A stretch of 64,000 nt of DNA. It comes from Callorhinchus milii (taxonomy: Eukaryota). The position numbers were made by a program, and so were the translations under genes. The notes under the pieces were generated by a model. The model was not told the origin of the DNA, did no database searches, and saw only the letters and a list, made by a program, of their open reading frames with translations. The stretch covers positions 62,746,001-62,810,000 of the forward strand of contig NW_024704742.1 of NCBI RefSeq assembly GCF_018977255.1, written 5' to 3'. This document shows, one piece after another, positions 25,890-39,039 of the stretch (position 1 is the first letter of the stretch; each line of letters starts with the position of its first letter).

Positions 25890-26340
25890 AATTATAATCT
25901 TTGCATTTCATTGCCTCAGGTTTTGCAGAGGATTTACAGTAAAGGTAAATCTAGGTTGGCAATTCAGTGTACTTTTTTGTAGGTGAACACAACAGCTAAA
26001 TTGTGCACAGCATTGTCCACAAACAGGCCTGAAGTGGATGATCCATTTTATCCAGGGGGCTTGTTGGGGAAGACACTGGGAGAAACGCTATTTTCTTTTT
26101 GGATAATATCATGGGACATTCGAACATTTTGAATAATATCTTGTCCTCATGTCATAATGTCCTCCTGAATAGGAAAACAGAACTCAGTTTAACATCTCAT
26201 CCGAAGGATGACTCTAACAATGCAGCACTCCCCACCATTCCACTGGAGCGCCAGCCTGGACTGTGAGCTCAAGTCCCGACATGCGGCTTAAACCCACAAA
26301 CTCCAGAATCAGAGGCCAGAGTGCTACTAACTATTCCATT
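25890..26340 (-). mobile_element. Deu-domain SINE (family B)
   Basis: GTTTAACATCTCATCCGAAGGA on the + strand. Confidence 0.75.
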
Positions 26341-27893
26341 GCTCTGAAGCTCTTTGTTTCTCCAATGTGCCTTTTCACACACTCCGGGCATATCTTACGG
26401 GACTATCCTAACAATAACCATAATAATTTATATTTATACAGTGTCTTTTGTGTCGAGAGGATGTCTTAAAATGTTTCACAGAGCTGACTGGGAGCCCAAG
26501 CTGGACAGAGGGGAACTAAGAAAGGTGGAGGGAGAGAAAGAAAGGTGACCAAAAGTATCATCAAATGGACACGTCTAAGGTGGGCTTTAAAAGTGTGGAG
26601 GGAAGGGAGTAGAGATATTGGGATGGAGTTCCAGAAAGCAGAGGCACAATAGAATATATATTTATATAGCACCTTTCACGCCGGGAGGATGTCACAGAGC
26701 CCTTCACAGGCTCGACACCCCGATGGCTGAATGTCTGAAAGCTTGTGCAAAAGGAAACATAAGGTGTTTAAATGTTTAGATAGCTCCACTTGCTACACTC
26801 TGATCAGTAAGCGAAACTAGTTATCCTACTGTCTCCAGCACTGTGGCTATCAGAAGATTAATATTGGGTCTCATTGGTATGCCACTTTGGAAGCAACAGT
26901 ACAATTTATTGCTTAAAGTTTCTGTTATTGATAGTGTACACTATTTCCACAGCACAGGGGAGTTCAATTAACATCATCAATAAATAGTGACACAAAAACT
27001 GGATTGATTTCATTTAATATTGTAACGTCTTGACCATACTTTCAGTTATCTTTCCCCTTCTTATCCCCCTCCGAGACAGCATTGTGAAGGTAAATTGTAT
27101 TTGTCATACAGTTATATTGTCAGCTTGCTTCAGTTGGCGGCATTCTCACCTCAGGGAGAGAAGGCTAGGGACTCAAACATATCAGGACTCAAGCACACAA
27201 TAATAAACTTTGCATTTGATATAGTTCCTCATCAAGTCATTGAAAAGTCATCAAGCTCTTCAAAGAATTTACTGAAAAGTGTAGTGAATGTATATTTTGT
27301 AGGCAACCGCAGCAGGACATTAAACATCTCATTCAAAGGACGTACTTCCAACATTGCAGTGCTCCTCCAAGCTGTGACTTCAAAGTCTTGATGTGGGGTT
27401 TGAACCTACAGCTTTCTGACTCAACCCCACAACGAGACTTTGAACTCACTGTATTTCAAACAAAAGTGAGTTTTCCTGGCTAAGAACTTCCAGATAAATT
27501 ATTGATTCAACTCAGAGCTTGTTGTGGACTGTGCTGGACTTAATGACTGTTATAGTCACCTACTTGTACAGTTACTACACTTGAGAGTAGCTACTTGCGA
27601 ATCACTTTAAGATGTTTCAAAGTGAAAAGGCATTATAAAACTGCAACTTCTTGTCATACCAGTTTTCAGATTCAATAACGAGTGCTCATGAGAAACAAAT
27701 ATTTTCAAAATTATCATGAGAGGGACAGAAAAATGAAAGCATCTTAACTTAAATCACTTTCCTTTTGTGCTGTGTTTGTGCTTCTTTAAAGAAGTGGTGA
27801 AAGTCCCCCAAAATTAAGTTGATGTAAAATGAATAGCTATTACTTTTCATGTTAGCCATGAAGAAATAATATAACAAACTCTCTGCACCATAC

Positions 27894-28318
27894 CAAGACT
27901 ATGAATCCTCAATGAATCTCCCGTTGAGTTTGAGATGACTTTTGTTCAGAAAAGGTGATTCACTTTTGGATGTTTTGTTTCTGTCGGAGCTGTACACTCA
28001 GATACAGCTGACCAGCAAACAGGCAGCAGAAAGGCAGTATTAATGCATAAATTAGATAAGGAAATCTAAATTCATCAGAAAATGTCCATGTGAGGGCACA
28101 GGGGGAATCATGTGACTCTGGGTAAATTTCATCATGTGTCTGCTGAAGATTAAAGTGCTAGCAGTGTATTTTAGCGAGCGGGAGCAGTGATTCAACAAGA
28201 CTTCAACAGATGTTGGCTGATATCGGCCGCACTACAATGCGATACTACCTTCAACCTATGACCGACTCCAGGTGTAACCATTCTCGCTCAGTTGGAGACA
28301 AGATGTTCCCTTCCAAAT
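27894..28318 (-). pseudogene. Exon of relic gene with several in-frame stops
   Basis: Acceptor cttgcccttaacaacag|AT; single frame LEGNILSPTEREWLHLESVIG*R*YRIVVRPISANIC*SLVESLLPLAKIHC*HFNLQQTHDEIYPESHDSPCALTWTFSDEFRFPYLIYAL; possible donor TTG|GTATGG. Confidence 0.55.
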
Positions 28319-28696
28319 CTGTTGTTAAGGGCAAGATTTAACAAGGTTTTGGCTCACAAGGTAATTATCACACAAGACATTTTACGACAACAAACAACAA
28401 CTTGTATTGATACAGGGCACTTCACATAAAATAACATCACTAATGCTTTACAGTGACGGAGATGGATGCCGAGCAGGAGGATCTGGGCATGGACCATAGG
28501 CAAGGTCGATGAGGTAGGTTTTAAGACAAGATTTGAAATAAGGGAGAGGGCGAGATGGAGGATGAGAGGGAAGGAGTTCCAAGATTAAGAGTGTACTCCC
28601 TTCCTTTCCTGCACTCCCATAGTAACAATTGCAGAAATTATTTGTAACAAATTGCTTTTTGACTGATACCTCTTTACACAATGATATTTTTTCTTT

Positions 28697-29058
28697 TAAT
28701 AATAACCCTTGCATTTGATATAGCACCTTATCTTCAAGATGTCTCAAAGCGTTTCACAGAATATACTGCAAAGTGAATTGACTGAATATTTTGTGGACGA
28801 ATCGTGCCAGCGAATTGCATACAACAGTATCCCACAAACAGCGTGGATTGAGTGATCATATTATTATTATTTTTTAAGGGATTATAACCCCCTGAAAAGC
28901 AATGCGCCAATCAACTAACAACCTACTTTCCTACTTACTGCTGGGTAAAACAGAGGCATGTGGAGTAAGGAAACTCGCCTAACGTTTCTCCCTGTCAGAA
29001 ATCAAACCCAGGTCCTCTCGCTTGGGAGGCGAATGCTCTAACCACTGAGCTACATCTC
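28697..29058 (-). mobile_element. SINE family A (long form)
   Basis: Complete head, central domain and tail. Confidence 0.85.
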
Positions 29059-29759
29059 CATATAAAAGACATTCACGTTGTGGAGTGAGCAATCTAAACT
29101 AGAGTTCACTATGAACTTATAACAGTATCTGTCAGGCTGCTTGATTCAAGGAAAGTTGCACAGTCAGTGAAAGAAAAACAAAACACACAATCCTGCCAGG
29201 ATACATCCACCACATTGGGCTTCAAATTACCCTTGGAAATGGTAACAGCAAGGCACATACCGTTTTCTATCAGCATGAGCTTGTTTTTCTCTTGGAGATG
29301 TTCACATTTATCTACTTCTGTCTCAATGGGGTTTTTACTCTACCTGTGCACTCTGTGAGTTACATTGTAATGAGCTCATCACCACCCAATAAATCACACC
29401 ACCAAAAGATAACAAGACACCGATTTAACTGCTCTTGTTTACTAACTAATTTCTTTTAGGTTCCTCTGGGAAATGGATTGTTTCATATAAACAAATACCC
29501 TCATCAATCATACATAACTAATTCTGTGGGTAAATTTAGAAAGCTTTAGAATTATCAAACCGAATCTCTTATGAAATATTGCCATTTTCACCTCTCAAAA
29601 ATTGTCATCTTTTTAGATGATATTTTTGTTTACCTACAAAAATAGCCACAACACATTATTGTGTAAACTTTCAAGTACATTGAGATATCCTCTCGCCATA
29701 AAATGCATTATATCAAATCCAAGCATTATTATTATAGATCTCCAGAAAATTGATGCTGG

Positions 29760-30540
29760 AAACTCCACCTATAAGAACATTTCTTCCTAAAATTTAAGAC
29801 TGAACAGAATTACTGGGGGGATGACTCCCTACCCACTGAAATGAAAGGAGGCACATAAATGATACAAATGTAAGTTGCGTTAGATTTTCTTGAGATAACT
29901 ATCTTAAAACGTAAGATGGAACAGAAAATTGTCCTCCCAAATTTCTGATATTTCTTCAGTCCCTCCTGGTTCCATGTTATTTCTTTACAGCTTTGATTGT
30001 TAAGAAAAAAATTAATTTGATGAGCTGCATAAATTAATGGATTCTAAATCTGTGCTGCAATCCCTTTGGGGGAACAAAAGTCTCTGCAACTCGATAGGAG
30101 AAAGAGTGTCAAAATCTTCTTTTTGCACTCGGTCTATCTCTGAATTTGCAAAACCTAGGATGTCTTGGAAATCCTCGAAGGAACATTGTTCTACTCTACT
30201 GCTAGATAGGAAGTGTACTGACATCAGTCTGTGACATTTTTTTTACCAGCATTCAAAGCAGTAAGCTCAAAGAACAAAGCAATAATATGATACGTGTGAG
30301 AATTGCTGCCTAATTAATGCTAACTGGTTTGTACATATACTCCGGATTCAGTAAAAAACTAACAAAAATATGTTGTCATATAATGAATTGGCATTTTGTT
30401 CACATTACCTGACTGGTGCCTCTGTTAATTATACATTTTCTTTTCCTTAAACTGAACACGAGTACATTCTTAAAACTGACAGTCTTGGTGTCACTTTGGC
30501 CACTTACACCAAGCTTCGGGTTCAAGTTTGAAATAGAAGC
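29760..30540 (-). pseudogene. Coding-like segment(s) of relic gene
   Basis: NPKLGVSGQSDTKTVSFKNVLVFSL ending at CAG|GTAATG (30409); possible acceptor at 30358; ORF 30012..30224 (FEDFQDILGFANSEIDRVQKEDFDTLSPIELQRLL) followed by NMEPGGTEEISEIWEDNFLF. Confidence 0.5.
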
Positions 30541-30834
30541 TGCTGCTGACCCACTCAAAAGCTAAGAGCCTTTCTTATCCTCCAGGTAGAGACTTTAAGG
30601 TACTGTCCTGTCTACCTGGCCTATTAGTTGATAAAAATAACCACTCATGAATCTGTTCATGTCCATCTTAATTTCAGCTGGAAATCAAACTTCTCAAATA
30701 TTGGCTGTTGCGATCGCCTACAAAACGCACAGTCATATACTTTACAGTAAACCCTGTGAAGTACTTTGAGATATTATCCTGACATGAAAGGAACCATTAT
30801 CAAATACAGGACTATTTTTTATTATAAACACACC

Positions 30835-31187
30835 ATTGGAATAGTGTACTCTGGTTTTATATTCTAATATGAAAAAACAGGGCACTCTGAGGATTTTCCC
30901 TGTAATAATACTTTGACTGCAATGTCAAAGAAAGACCCTCTCCTTCTAATTGGGTCCAAATTGCAGAATTTGAAAAAGGATTTGTAAATCCTGGATGTTT
31001 TGTGATCAAATCTCTGGAATGCAGCTCTGATGTCAGTCTTAGTTCCAACTTGGATGAAGCTGAGGTCCACGTGGCTATCAGCTAGGTTCTGACCTAACCA
31101 AGATTTAATCTTTGCTAATCGTCGAGTGAATCCCACACATTACAGTTCAGTATGACTTTGCCATTTACACCGATTGAGCACAAACCT
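30835..31187 (-). pseudogene. Exon of relic gene (phase 0 start), runs into a SINE remnant
   Basis: Acceptor tttgttggtttcag|AGG in frame with ORF 30864..31136 (RRLAKIKSWLGQNLADSHVDLSFIQVGTKTDIRAAF). Confidence 0.6.
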
Positions 31188-31214
31188 CTGAAACCAACAA
31201 ACAGTTTTACATAA

Positions 31215-31635
31215 AATAATCCTTACATTTGATATAATAATCCTTACATTTGATATCACGTATTATTGCAACCTCAAGATGTCTCAAAGTGCTTCACAGG
31301 ATATACTGTAAAATGATGTGTGAGTGTATTTTATGTAGCGCCTTTCACATCGCGAGGCTCAAAACACTGTAAATAGCCATGAAATGAATGATCAATTTTA
31401 TCTGGGCCATGCCACCAGAGAAAATCCCTTCTCTTTCTGAATAATACCATGGGATCATTAACATCAACCTGAACAGGCAGATGGGACATCAGTTTAATAT
31501 CCCATCTGAAAGATGGCACTTTACACAATGGAGTTCTTCCTAGCATTCCTTCTGAGTGTCAGCCTACACTGTGAGTTCGAAGTCTCAATATAATGCTTCT
31601 CACTCATGTGTGAGAATGCTACCAACTTCCAAGGT
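31215..31635 (-). mobile_element. Deu-domain SINE (family B) with duplicated tail
   Basis: Core motif; ATAATCCTTACATTTGATAT repeated twice. Confidence 0.75.
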
Positions 31636-31901
31636 CACAAGATCAGTTTGGATGAAAAGGGCCTTTCTTCAAACATCTGATCTCATTCATCCAGCCTCCA
31701 ACCCACCCTCCCATCCTCTCATCTCTGCATTAAGCTGCTTTTTTAAATGAATCCAGTGTACTGGCCTCAACCACCCTTCTTGGCAACCTGTTTCTGTTAT
31801 TGTTTACCCTCTGAGTCAGGCTGACCCTAAATCACAATGACAATATTGGTGAATTTTTCTGCTTATTATTGGTGTGTCTACTTCCTAAGTTCATCTCTTA
31901 C

Positions 31902-32450
31902 CCTTCTTAGCCCATATCTTTCTGAACCATTTCTCCCTGTTTTTCATACTCCCAGTGATTGCTCATTTGTGTAGAGTGCATTATCAGAAGCCACTATCTG
32001 GCAATAGTTTAGTGTATTTGTGCATTCATTTGTGATGACAGATTTGAACTGCTCAATCATTTCTGTCCAAAGAACATATGGAAATAAAGATATTGCTGAA
32101 TCTCCATCTACCTGACATTTAAGAACCATCATTAAGCGAGATGGAAAGTGTGTCAACAACACCTGACCAGATGGACTCCAAGCGATGGTAAAAAGGCTGC
32201 TACACAGCAGCACAATCGTGTTCTCTCAATGGATTAACACACCGTCGGTTTCAGTTTGAACCCAAATGGTGTGTCTTACAGCAGATACCAGCTGACTGTA
32301 ATGGTGACTGACAACACTGCATGTTACAGAATTAAGAAAAGAAACTGTGTTACAAATAGTCACATCAGGCTCCATATACAATGATTCAGTTATTATCCTG
32401 ATGTCTTCTTTCATTCCATATGCCAAATATTATTTGGAGCTCAGCCCAGT
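31902..32450 (-). pseudogene. 549-bp exon of relic gene (phase 0-0, 3 in-frame stops)
   Basis: Acceptor ...gtgatag|ACT and donor AGAAGG|GTAAGA. ORFs 32226..32426 and 31944..32213 are in the same frame and the length is a multiple of 3. Confidence 0.6.
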
Positions 32451-35400
32451 CTATCACGCACCATTGAAACAAATTAAACAGTAAAAGGCTGATTCCCAGA
32501 ATAGCATAGTACAAAGAAGAAAATTGATTTTAATGTTAAATTTTATAAATTTGAACAAATTCAACCAGATGTATGCTTTATTGATTTTTCTTTAGGTGTC
32601 TTTGCAGTTCTAAAGCGGTGGAAGATATATGATAACATGATTGAAAGTCACTGAGATTAGATTGCTCCTAATTCATTTGGGAAATAGCTATGAAGGCAGT
32701 ATTTTTCTGACATGATTTCTGATGAATTCTAAATAATAATACAAAAAGAATCCAGTGAAACAGAATACATACAGAATCAAAGGTGAGAGTTATTCAGGGA
32801 ACATAACTGACAATTCCTTCCAGGAAGTGAATCAGGAGAAGATATTGCTTAGATATCCTTTTTGTAGATTACAATGTTGGGTTTCCAATTCCTAGAGGCG
32901 AAACTCAGTATTGAAATTAAGACACATTATGCCTTGTGCATAAAGCATAAATAGAGTTTGGTTTGTGCCTTCAATTTTCCCACATGGTCAATTGCTGTAG
33001 GGATGCCAAGGGAAAGTTAGTTTTGTCCATACAAGAGGAAAAGGGAGACCCGTCACACACACACATCTTATTCCAGTCATCGGTTGCATGTTCTTTGTCC
33101 ATGTCCTGTATCAGAGAAGATACCTGAATGGCAATTTGGAATCCTCGCACTGCAAGAGGTTTTTGTTAGATATCTGATACATGTGGAAACTCATCACCGC
33201 ATTTAAAAATATCCAAACCAGACAGAGTGTTCCATGCATGCCATCTACACACAGAAATTTCTGTGTGTGGAATGGAATGCACACACTCTCTCTCTGGGGT
33301 GATGTTTCAAGCTTACATAATTCCAGGTATTAGGTGCAGGTTGGCAAGAACCAGCTACGACCACCCTACTGAAACATGATCTGGGTTTTAGTTTGCAGGG
33401 TTAACAGGTGCTGAGTGGGAAAAATTCACCCAGTGATTGTTCTGCTCCTCCAAATCCTGCTGAAGGGTTACGTTCAGGTTGGCTTGTCTGTTATCAGTGC
33501 TACAAAAGTGTCCCACAAGCAGTCATGGATTGAGTGATTAATTTTTTTTAAGCAATTATTACCCCCAGAAAATCTAGGACTACCCTACCAGTTAGGCCTT
33601 TAGCTTCCAAGGTTAACGTGAGCCGAGTGGAATGATTCCTTGCCCTTCCAGGTACCATTTAAGCCCCAGAAATACCAAGCAAAAGAAAAAGTGATCTTTT
33701 GTCACCTTGCATCCTTGGCTACATATTTTGCCCACAAAATATACAGTTAATTCACTTTAATGGATATTCTGCAAACTGTTTTGAGATGTCTCGAAGATGC
33801 AATAAGGCGCTATCAAATCCAAAATTTATTATTATTATTATTATACTCCCCCCCCACCTTCAACAACTTGAGATCTATCTTTTCAACCACACATTCAGTC
33901 ACCTTCCCACCTCCGACCCTCAGCTGCCTTGACCTTTAACTCATGCTCCCAGTCTGCTGCGTGAAGCATCCTGCAGGCCTGAAAAGTGCTGTATAAATGT
34001 AAATTAGTGTAAGTTTAAGAATTGAAAAAAAAACGATTCTGTATTGGCACAGACATTTCTCAATTAACAAAAGGAATACTTCAAAGGTCCAAATGTCCAC
34101 CCCTATATTACAACAGTATATTCATGTTTCTCATATCCTGCTCTCAGGAGGAGATTGCCAAGTCTATTTCTTGTTTGGCCTGAGGATAAGCACAGATGGT
34201 CGCACAGGTGGATTTGAACAATTCTTCAAGCCCATTAGTCCCATTGTTGCCTGTTCGTAACTGTGCCTTTGTTTAGAGTTTACGTCAAGAAATCTAGCAT
34301 TCATTATTTTTTATCTTTTTGGAAAGAAAAACTACAAAAGAGCAATGGATTTGTTTCCTTATAATAATAATAAGCAATAATCCATATTTATTACTAATGT
34401 GTCTGATACAGCACCTTTCACCTCTAACATCTAATATGTTTTATGTAAGTAATGATTATTTTGCTGCACAACTGCACTTATAAATATCGAACATTAGTAC
34501 CAATTATTTATGTCGAAAAATCTAGTGTTAGTGTATTTATATATAAAAAAAACTTATGTAACCATTCGCTTTCAAATACAAAGATACTTCAGGTTACAGC
34601 GTATCCTGCGAACCGTTTGGAGGCATTTTGACAATGTGATAATAACATTACAGTACTATTATTTCAATGGTACTATGTCTAACTTAGTGCAGAAAAGAAG
34701 ACCCAAAGATTTGAGCTCCTGATTGTCTGAACAGTCTGAGAGCTAAATGATAGGAGTGCTATTGTGTGTTAATAGTATACCCTGCAATTGGAATTGTTCC
34801 CTAATGGCTGAATGACAGCTGAGTGACACCTATGCTGATTGAATGCAGCAGTTTGACTGTTCTGGCAATAATTGTTGCTGCTGTTGAGAGAAGATGGCAG
34901 AAATGGTAGGAATTACAGAAGGAGGAGATCAAAATGGCCAAATGGCCTCCCTCATCTGAGGCTCTTAAGTAATATTGTGAGTAATTTATTGAAAATTCGC
35001 AGAATTCTTTGACACCATGGTCAATTTCAAGCCCTTTCCCTTCCCGATGGTGTAGTCAGTATCAGAACAATAAGGTGTAAAACTTTCTTAGGCTGGATGT
35101 TGCCATGGTTACACATTAGAGTTAATACTTTATTGCTGCAGAAATGAGAATATTCTCTTTAATGATAGTTTTGAATCGAGATTTTAATGAGGCTTTTATG
35201 GTGAATCTATTTGAATTGTTTTCATATGTGATTATACTAATTAGTTAATAATAAACTGACAAGTTAATATTGGTAATGGTTCTTTTAAAGACTGAACAGG
35301 AAGAAATAGATCAGGACTGATGGGTCTCATTAGCATATGATTTCCATACTGGCTATTATGTTAATTGGCAAAATGACTTCATGCAATATGATTTTTTTAG

Positions 35401-35619
35401 TTTTAAATGCTGACAATGTAAATCATACCTTGTTAATAAAGTGTATGTGCGAATATTGAAAATCATCTGATGTGCAAAATTCAGCTGCATGAAGTGCTTT
35501 GAAATATCCTTCCAACATGAACCATGGAAATGTACAGCACAGAAGAAGGCCATTCGGCCCATTGTGTCAAAGGCGCCATGTAAATGTAAATTGTTGTTCT
35601 TGATATTCTCAGTATGGCT

Positions 35620-35970
35620 TATTGTGAGTTCCATATGCCAAAGTACCAAAAAATTAGGTTCCGCTTTGGGGCTCTGAACTCCAGTAGTCGAAGCTGACAC
35701 ACCAAAGGAATGGTGATGGTGTGCTGCATTATCAGAGGTGCTGTACTTCGGACACAGTGTTGTTCACAAGGGTGTTAAAGATCCTATGGCTCTGATCAAC
35801 AAGCGAAGGGAGTTTCTCCTGATGACCTGGGCAGTAATTGTTCCCAAATAAAATTAGCCACTTACTTAATTGGTGTTTATGCTACATCGCTGTACACAAA
35901 CTAGCTGTAACATTCACCTTGAAAACGAACAATCACTACACTGCAATAAATCCTGTGATACACTGTCAAA
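35620..35970 (+). mobile_element. Deu-domain SINE (family B), degraded
   Basis: GGTGCTGTACTTCGGA ... TAAAGATCCTATGGC. Confidence 0.62.
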
Positions 35971-36021
35971 CATCCACCAAACAGGAACGGAAGTACCTCC
36001 TAACAAGAAAAGAGGTATATT

Positions 36022-36411
36022 AAGTAATAATAATAATCCTTGCATTTGATATAGTGCCTTATCATGTCTTCGAGCTGTCTCAAAGCGCTTCACAGAACAT
36101 ACTGTAAAGTGAATTGACTGCATATTTTCTGGACGAAACGCGACAGCCAATTGTGCAAAGCAGTGGCCCAACAAACAGTTGTGGATTGAGTGACCAAATT
36201 ATTATTTTTTTGCGGGTTTCGTTTTGGAGGGATGATTATCCCCGGAAAAGCAATCTGCCAATTGACCAGCAACCGGATTCCTACTTACTGCTTGGTGAAC
36301 AGAGGCCTGTGGTGTAAGGAATATTGTCTAACGTATTGCCCCACCTGGGAATTGAAACCAAGTCCGCTCGCTTGCGAGACGAGAACTCTAACCGCTAAGC
36401 TACAGGACTCC
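36022..36411 (-). mobile_element. SINE family A (long form)
   Basis: Complete head GGAGTCCTGTAGC, central domain and tail. Confidence 0.87.
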
Positions 36412-36969
36412 AATGTAAGAATAATTAATTTTATTTTCATTTACCATTATCTTACAGAGTTGTTGCTTTGAATGCGTGATGCTTTGTTTCTGCTTTTGGC
36501 ATTCTAGCTGTGCTGGTAAAAGAGGCAGATTTCTGACGTCATCACAAAGGTTTCTAGCAGATTACCCTCTGACTGTCTTATATGTTCCAATAACATCAGT
36601 ACTATAGCGGTCACAATTTAACACTGGTTACTCACTTTGTGTCTGTTTGGGGACATTGTGCCTACAAAATACAGTCAATACATTTCATAGTTTACCCTGC
36701 AAAGTGCTTTGAGACGTCATTCCTGTATTAAAGGACTACATCAGATACAACGATTATTATTTTCAATGGCTGCAAAACCAGTATTCTATTTTATAATTGC
36801 TCTTCTTTATAGCTTTCTAAATGAAGATTGCATAATAGGCTACTGAGGTAATCTAAATTTGATCATCTTAACTTCAATTTGCTGATCAATTTGCTCCTGT
36901 TTTATGGGTTTGTTTCACAAGGAAATAAATGTAATGATATATCTATGGTCCAGAAATGTCCTGTTCTGG

Positions 36970-37490
36970 TTGCATTTTGTTGCTCACTATTCAAAAAATC
37001 CAGCTCATTCAGAACTCTGCTACCCTTATACTTACCCGAACCAAACTCTGTATCCCCCTTGCACCAGTTCTGGCCAGGCTCCACTGGCTCCCCATCATCA
37101 AACAGATCGATTTACGCTCATGATAAAATCCATTCACTCCCTGGCACCTCCCTACCTCTCCAACAACCTCACTCCCCAGTCTACCACCCAGCATTTCTGC
37201 TCATCTGGCACCGGCCTCCTGCTTGTCCCTCGCACCCTCTGCTCCACCATTGGAGGTTGTGCTTTCAGCCACTATGCTCCAAAAGTCTGGAACACTCTCC
37301 CTCCATCCCTCCGTCTTGCCCCCTCTCTCCCCTTTTTCAAGTCCCGCCTGAAAATCTTCCTTTTCAACTGTGCTTATGGTCACCTCTCACCCTAACCCTC
37401 CCCAGTTCAAAGTCAGGCTCTGCCATTGTTAAGCGCTCTGAGACGCTACACTGTGTGGAGGGTGCTCTATAAGTGCAGTTGTTGTTGAAT
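36970..37490 (+). mobile_element. L2 3' fragment
   Basis: HSLAPPYLS, AFSHYAPKVWNTLP, FKSRLKIFLF; tail with (GTT)n. Confidence 0.88.
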
Positions 37491-37639
37491 GTTTTTGCCT
37501 TTCTATTACTTCATAGGGTTTATTATTTCAAACATTCATCATTTTTTGACTAAGGCTTTTTTTCTGATATCTTTTCCAAATTTACTTTGTGCTAATTTCC
37601 ATTTATGTCCTCGGATCTTTGCTGATTGTGAATAGTCTA

Positions 37640-37900
37640 GGTTTATCTTTTCTGTATTATTAAATATTTAATATACTTCAACAAAGCTCTCACTAATTGC
37701 CTTATTTGCAGGCTGTAAAGCTTAAGTTTCTCTAATCTTTCTTCATGGCTCATCCAAGTTACACTTGGGATCAATCTTGTTGCACATTTTTTCTGTACTT
37801 TGCATAATGTAATTTTAGACCTTTTTTGTGGCACAACTTGGTGTTATACCTTTCTCTAGCTGTGGTCTGACTACTGAATGAAAAGTCTAAGTATAAACTT
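37640..37900 (-). mobile_element. Old CR1 fragment
   Basis: KVQKKCATRLIP...EERLEKLKLYSL. Confidence 0.65.
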
Positions 37901-37919
37901 CTATTCTTATACAGAGATG

Positions 37920-38170
37920 TAATGTAGAGTGAATTTTATGCAAAAATACAGCAGCCAATTTGTGCACAGCCATGTCTAACAAACAGCCATGAAGTAAATA
38001 ACCAATTTTATTTGCGGAATTGTTAGCTAGGACACCAGGAGAAACTGCCGTCTCTTTTTGAATAGTGTCATGGGATGTTTAACGTACACCTGAACAGGCA
38101 GAGGTAAACTTAGTTTAACATCCATCTGAAGGATGCCATCTCCAACAGTACTGCATTATTGTGTCAGCAA
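37920..38170 (-). mobile_element. Deu-domain SINE (family B), partial
   Basis: GAATAGTGTCATGGGATG ... GTTTAACATCCATCTGAAGGA. Confidence 0.7.
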
Positions 38171-38182
38171 TTTTAAAATTCC

Positions 38183-38672
38183 TAACAACAACAACAACAG
38201 GATTCCATTTATAGAGCGCCTTTCACGTCGGGAGGACGTCCCAAGGCGCTGGACAGTTGGGTCAGAACCCGAGCAGGGGGGAAATGGTCAGGGTGAGGGG
38301 AGGGAAGGGAGGGAGCGAGGAGGGGGGAAATGGTCAGGGTGAGGGGAGGGAAGGGAAGGGAGGCAGCGAGGAGGGGGTAGAGAGTCGAGAGGGGAGCTGA
38401 AGGCACAGTCGAAGAGAAAGGTCTTGAGACCGGCCTTGAAGGAGGAAAGGGAGGAGGCGGCGAAGGCACTGGGGGATAGAGTTCCAGAGCCTTGGGGCTG
38501 AGAGGCTGAAGGCCCGACCACCGATGGTAGAGCAGTTGGGGCGGGGATGCGGAGCAGACCGGAGCCAGAGGAACGGAGGGTACGGGCAGGTACGTAGGGG
38601 GATAGTAGGTCAGAGAGGTAGGAGGGAGCAAGGCCGTGAATGGCCTTGTAGTTGAGGATGAGGATCTTAAAT
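38183..38672 (-). mobile_element. Young L2 3' fragment with internal tandem duplication
   Basis: FKILILNYKAIHGLAPSYLSDLL; CpG-rich; (CAA)n tail. Confidence 0.9.
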
Positions 38673-39039
38673 GATCTTGATCTAACCGCAAATATGGCAA
38701 GCAAAACCAAACCTACATGCACCACCAGAATGGCAGGGATCAAAAAGAATCATATCCTTACACAACTCTCATTGCCATCCACAATGGCCATCATTCCTGC
38801 CTCTCAGCTATCCTGGTAAAGGTGAAATTGTAAAGTTGTGTCAGGATAGGTATAGTGATGTTATTCATTTACAAAGGGACATTTTATCGCTGTGCATATA
38901 CATTAGACATTTAGTTTGAAAGGAAAGGCACCTTAGACCTCAAACAGAAATAACCTGAGCCAGATTTATATGTTTGCGATTTCATTTTAAAAAGATAAAT
39001 ATGTTCTCCCTGCCTGATCTGACCTATTCAGTGAGTGAG

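Noticed and set aside
24227..28318. Stop-codon recoding or selenocysteine to explain the in-frame stops
   Set aside because: All three stop types occur together with frameshifts and transposon insertions; neutral decay is the simpler explanation.
30359..30408. 50-bp intron
   Set aside because: Shorter than typical vertebrate introns; one site may be spurious or the intron partly deleted, so it is not asserted.
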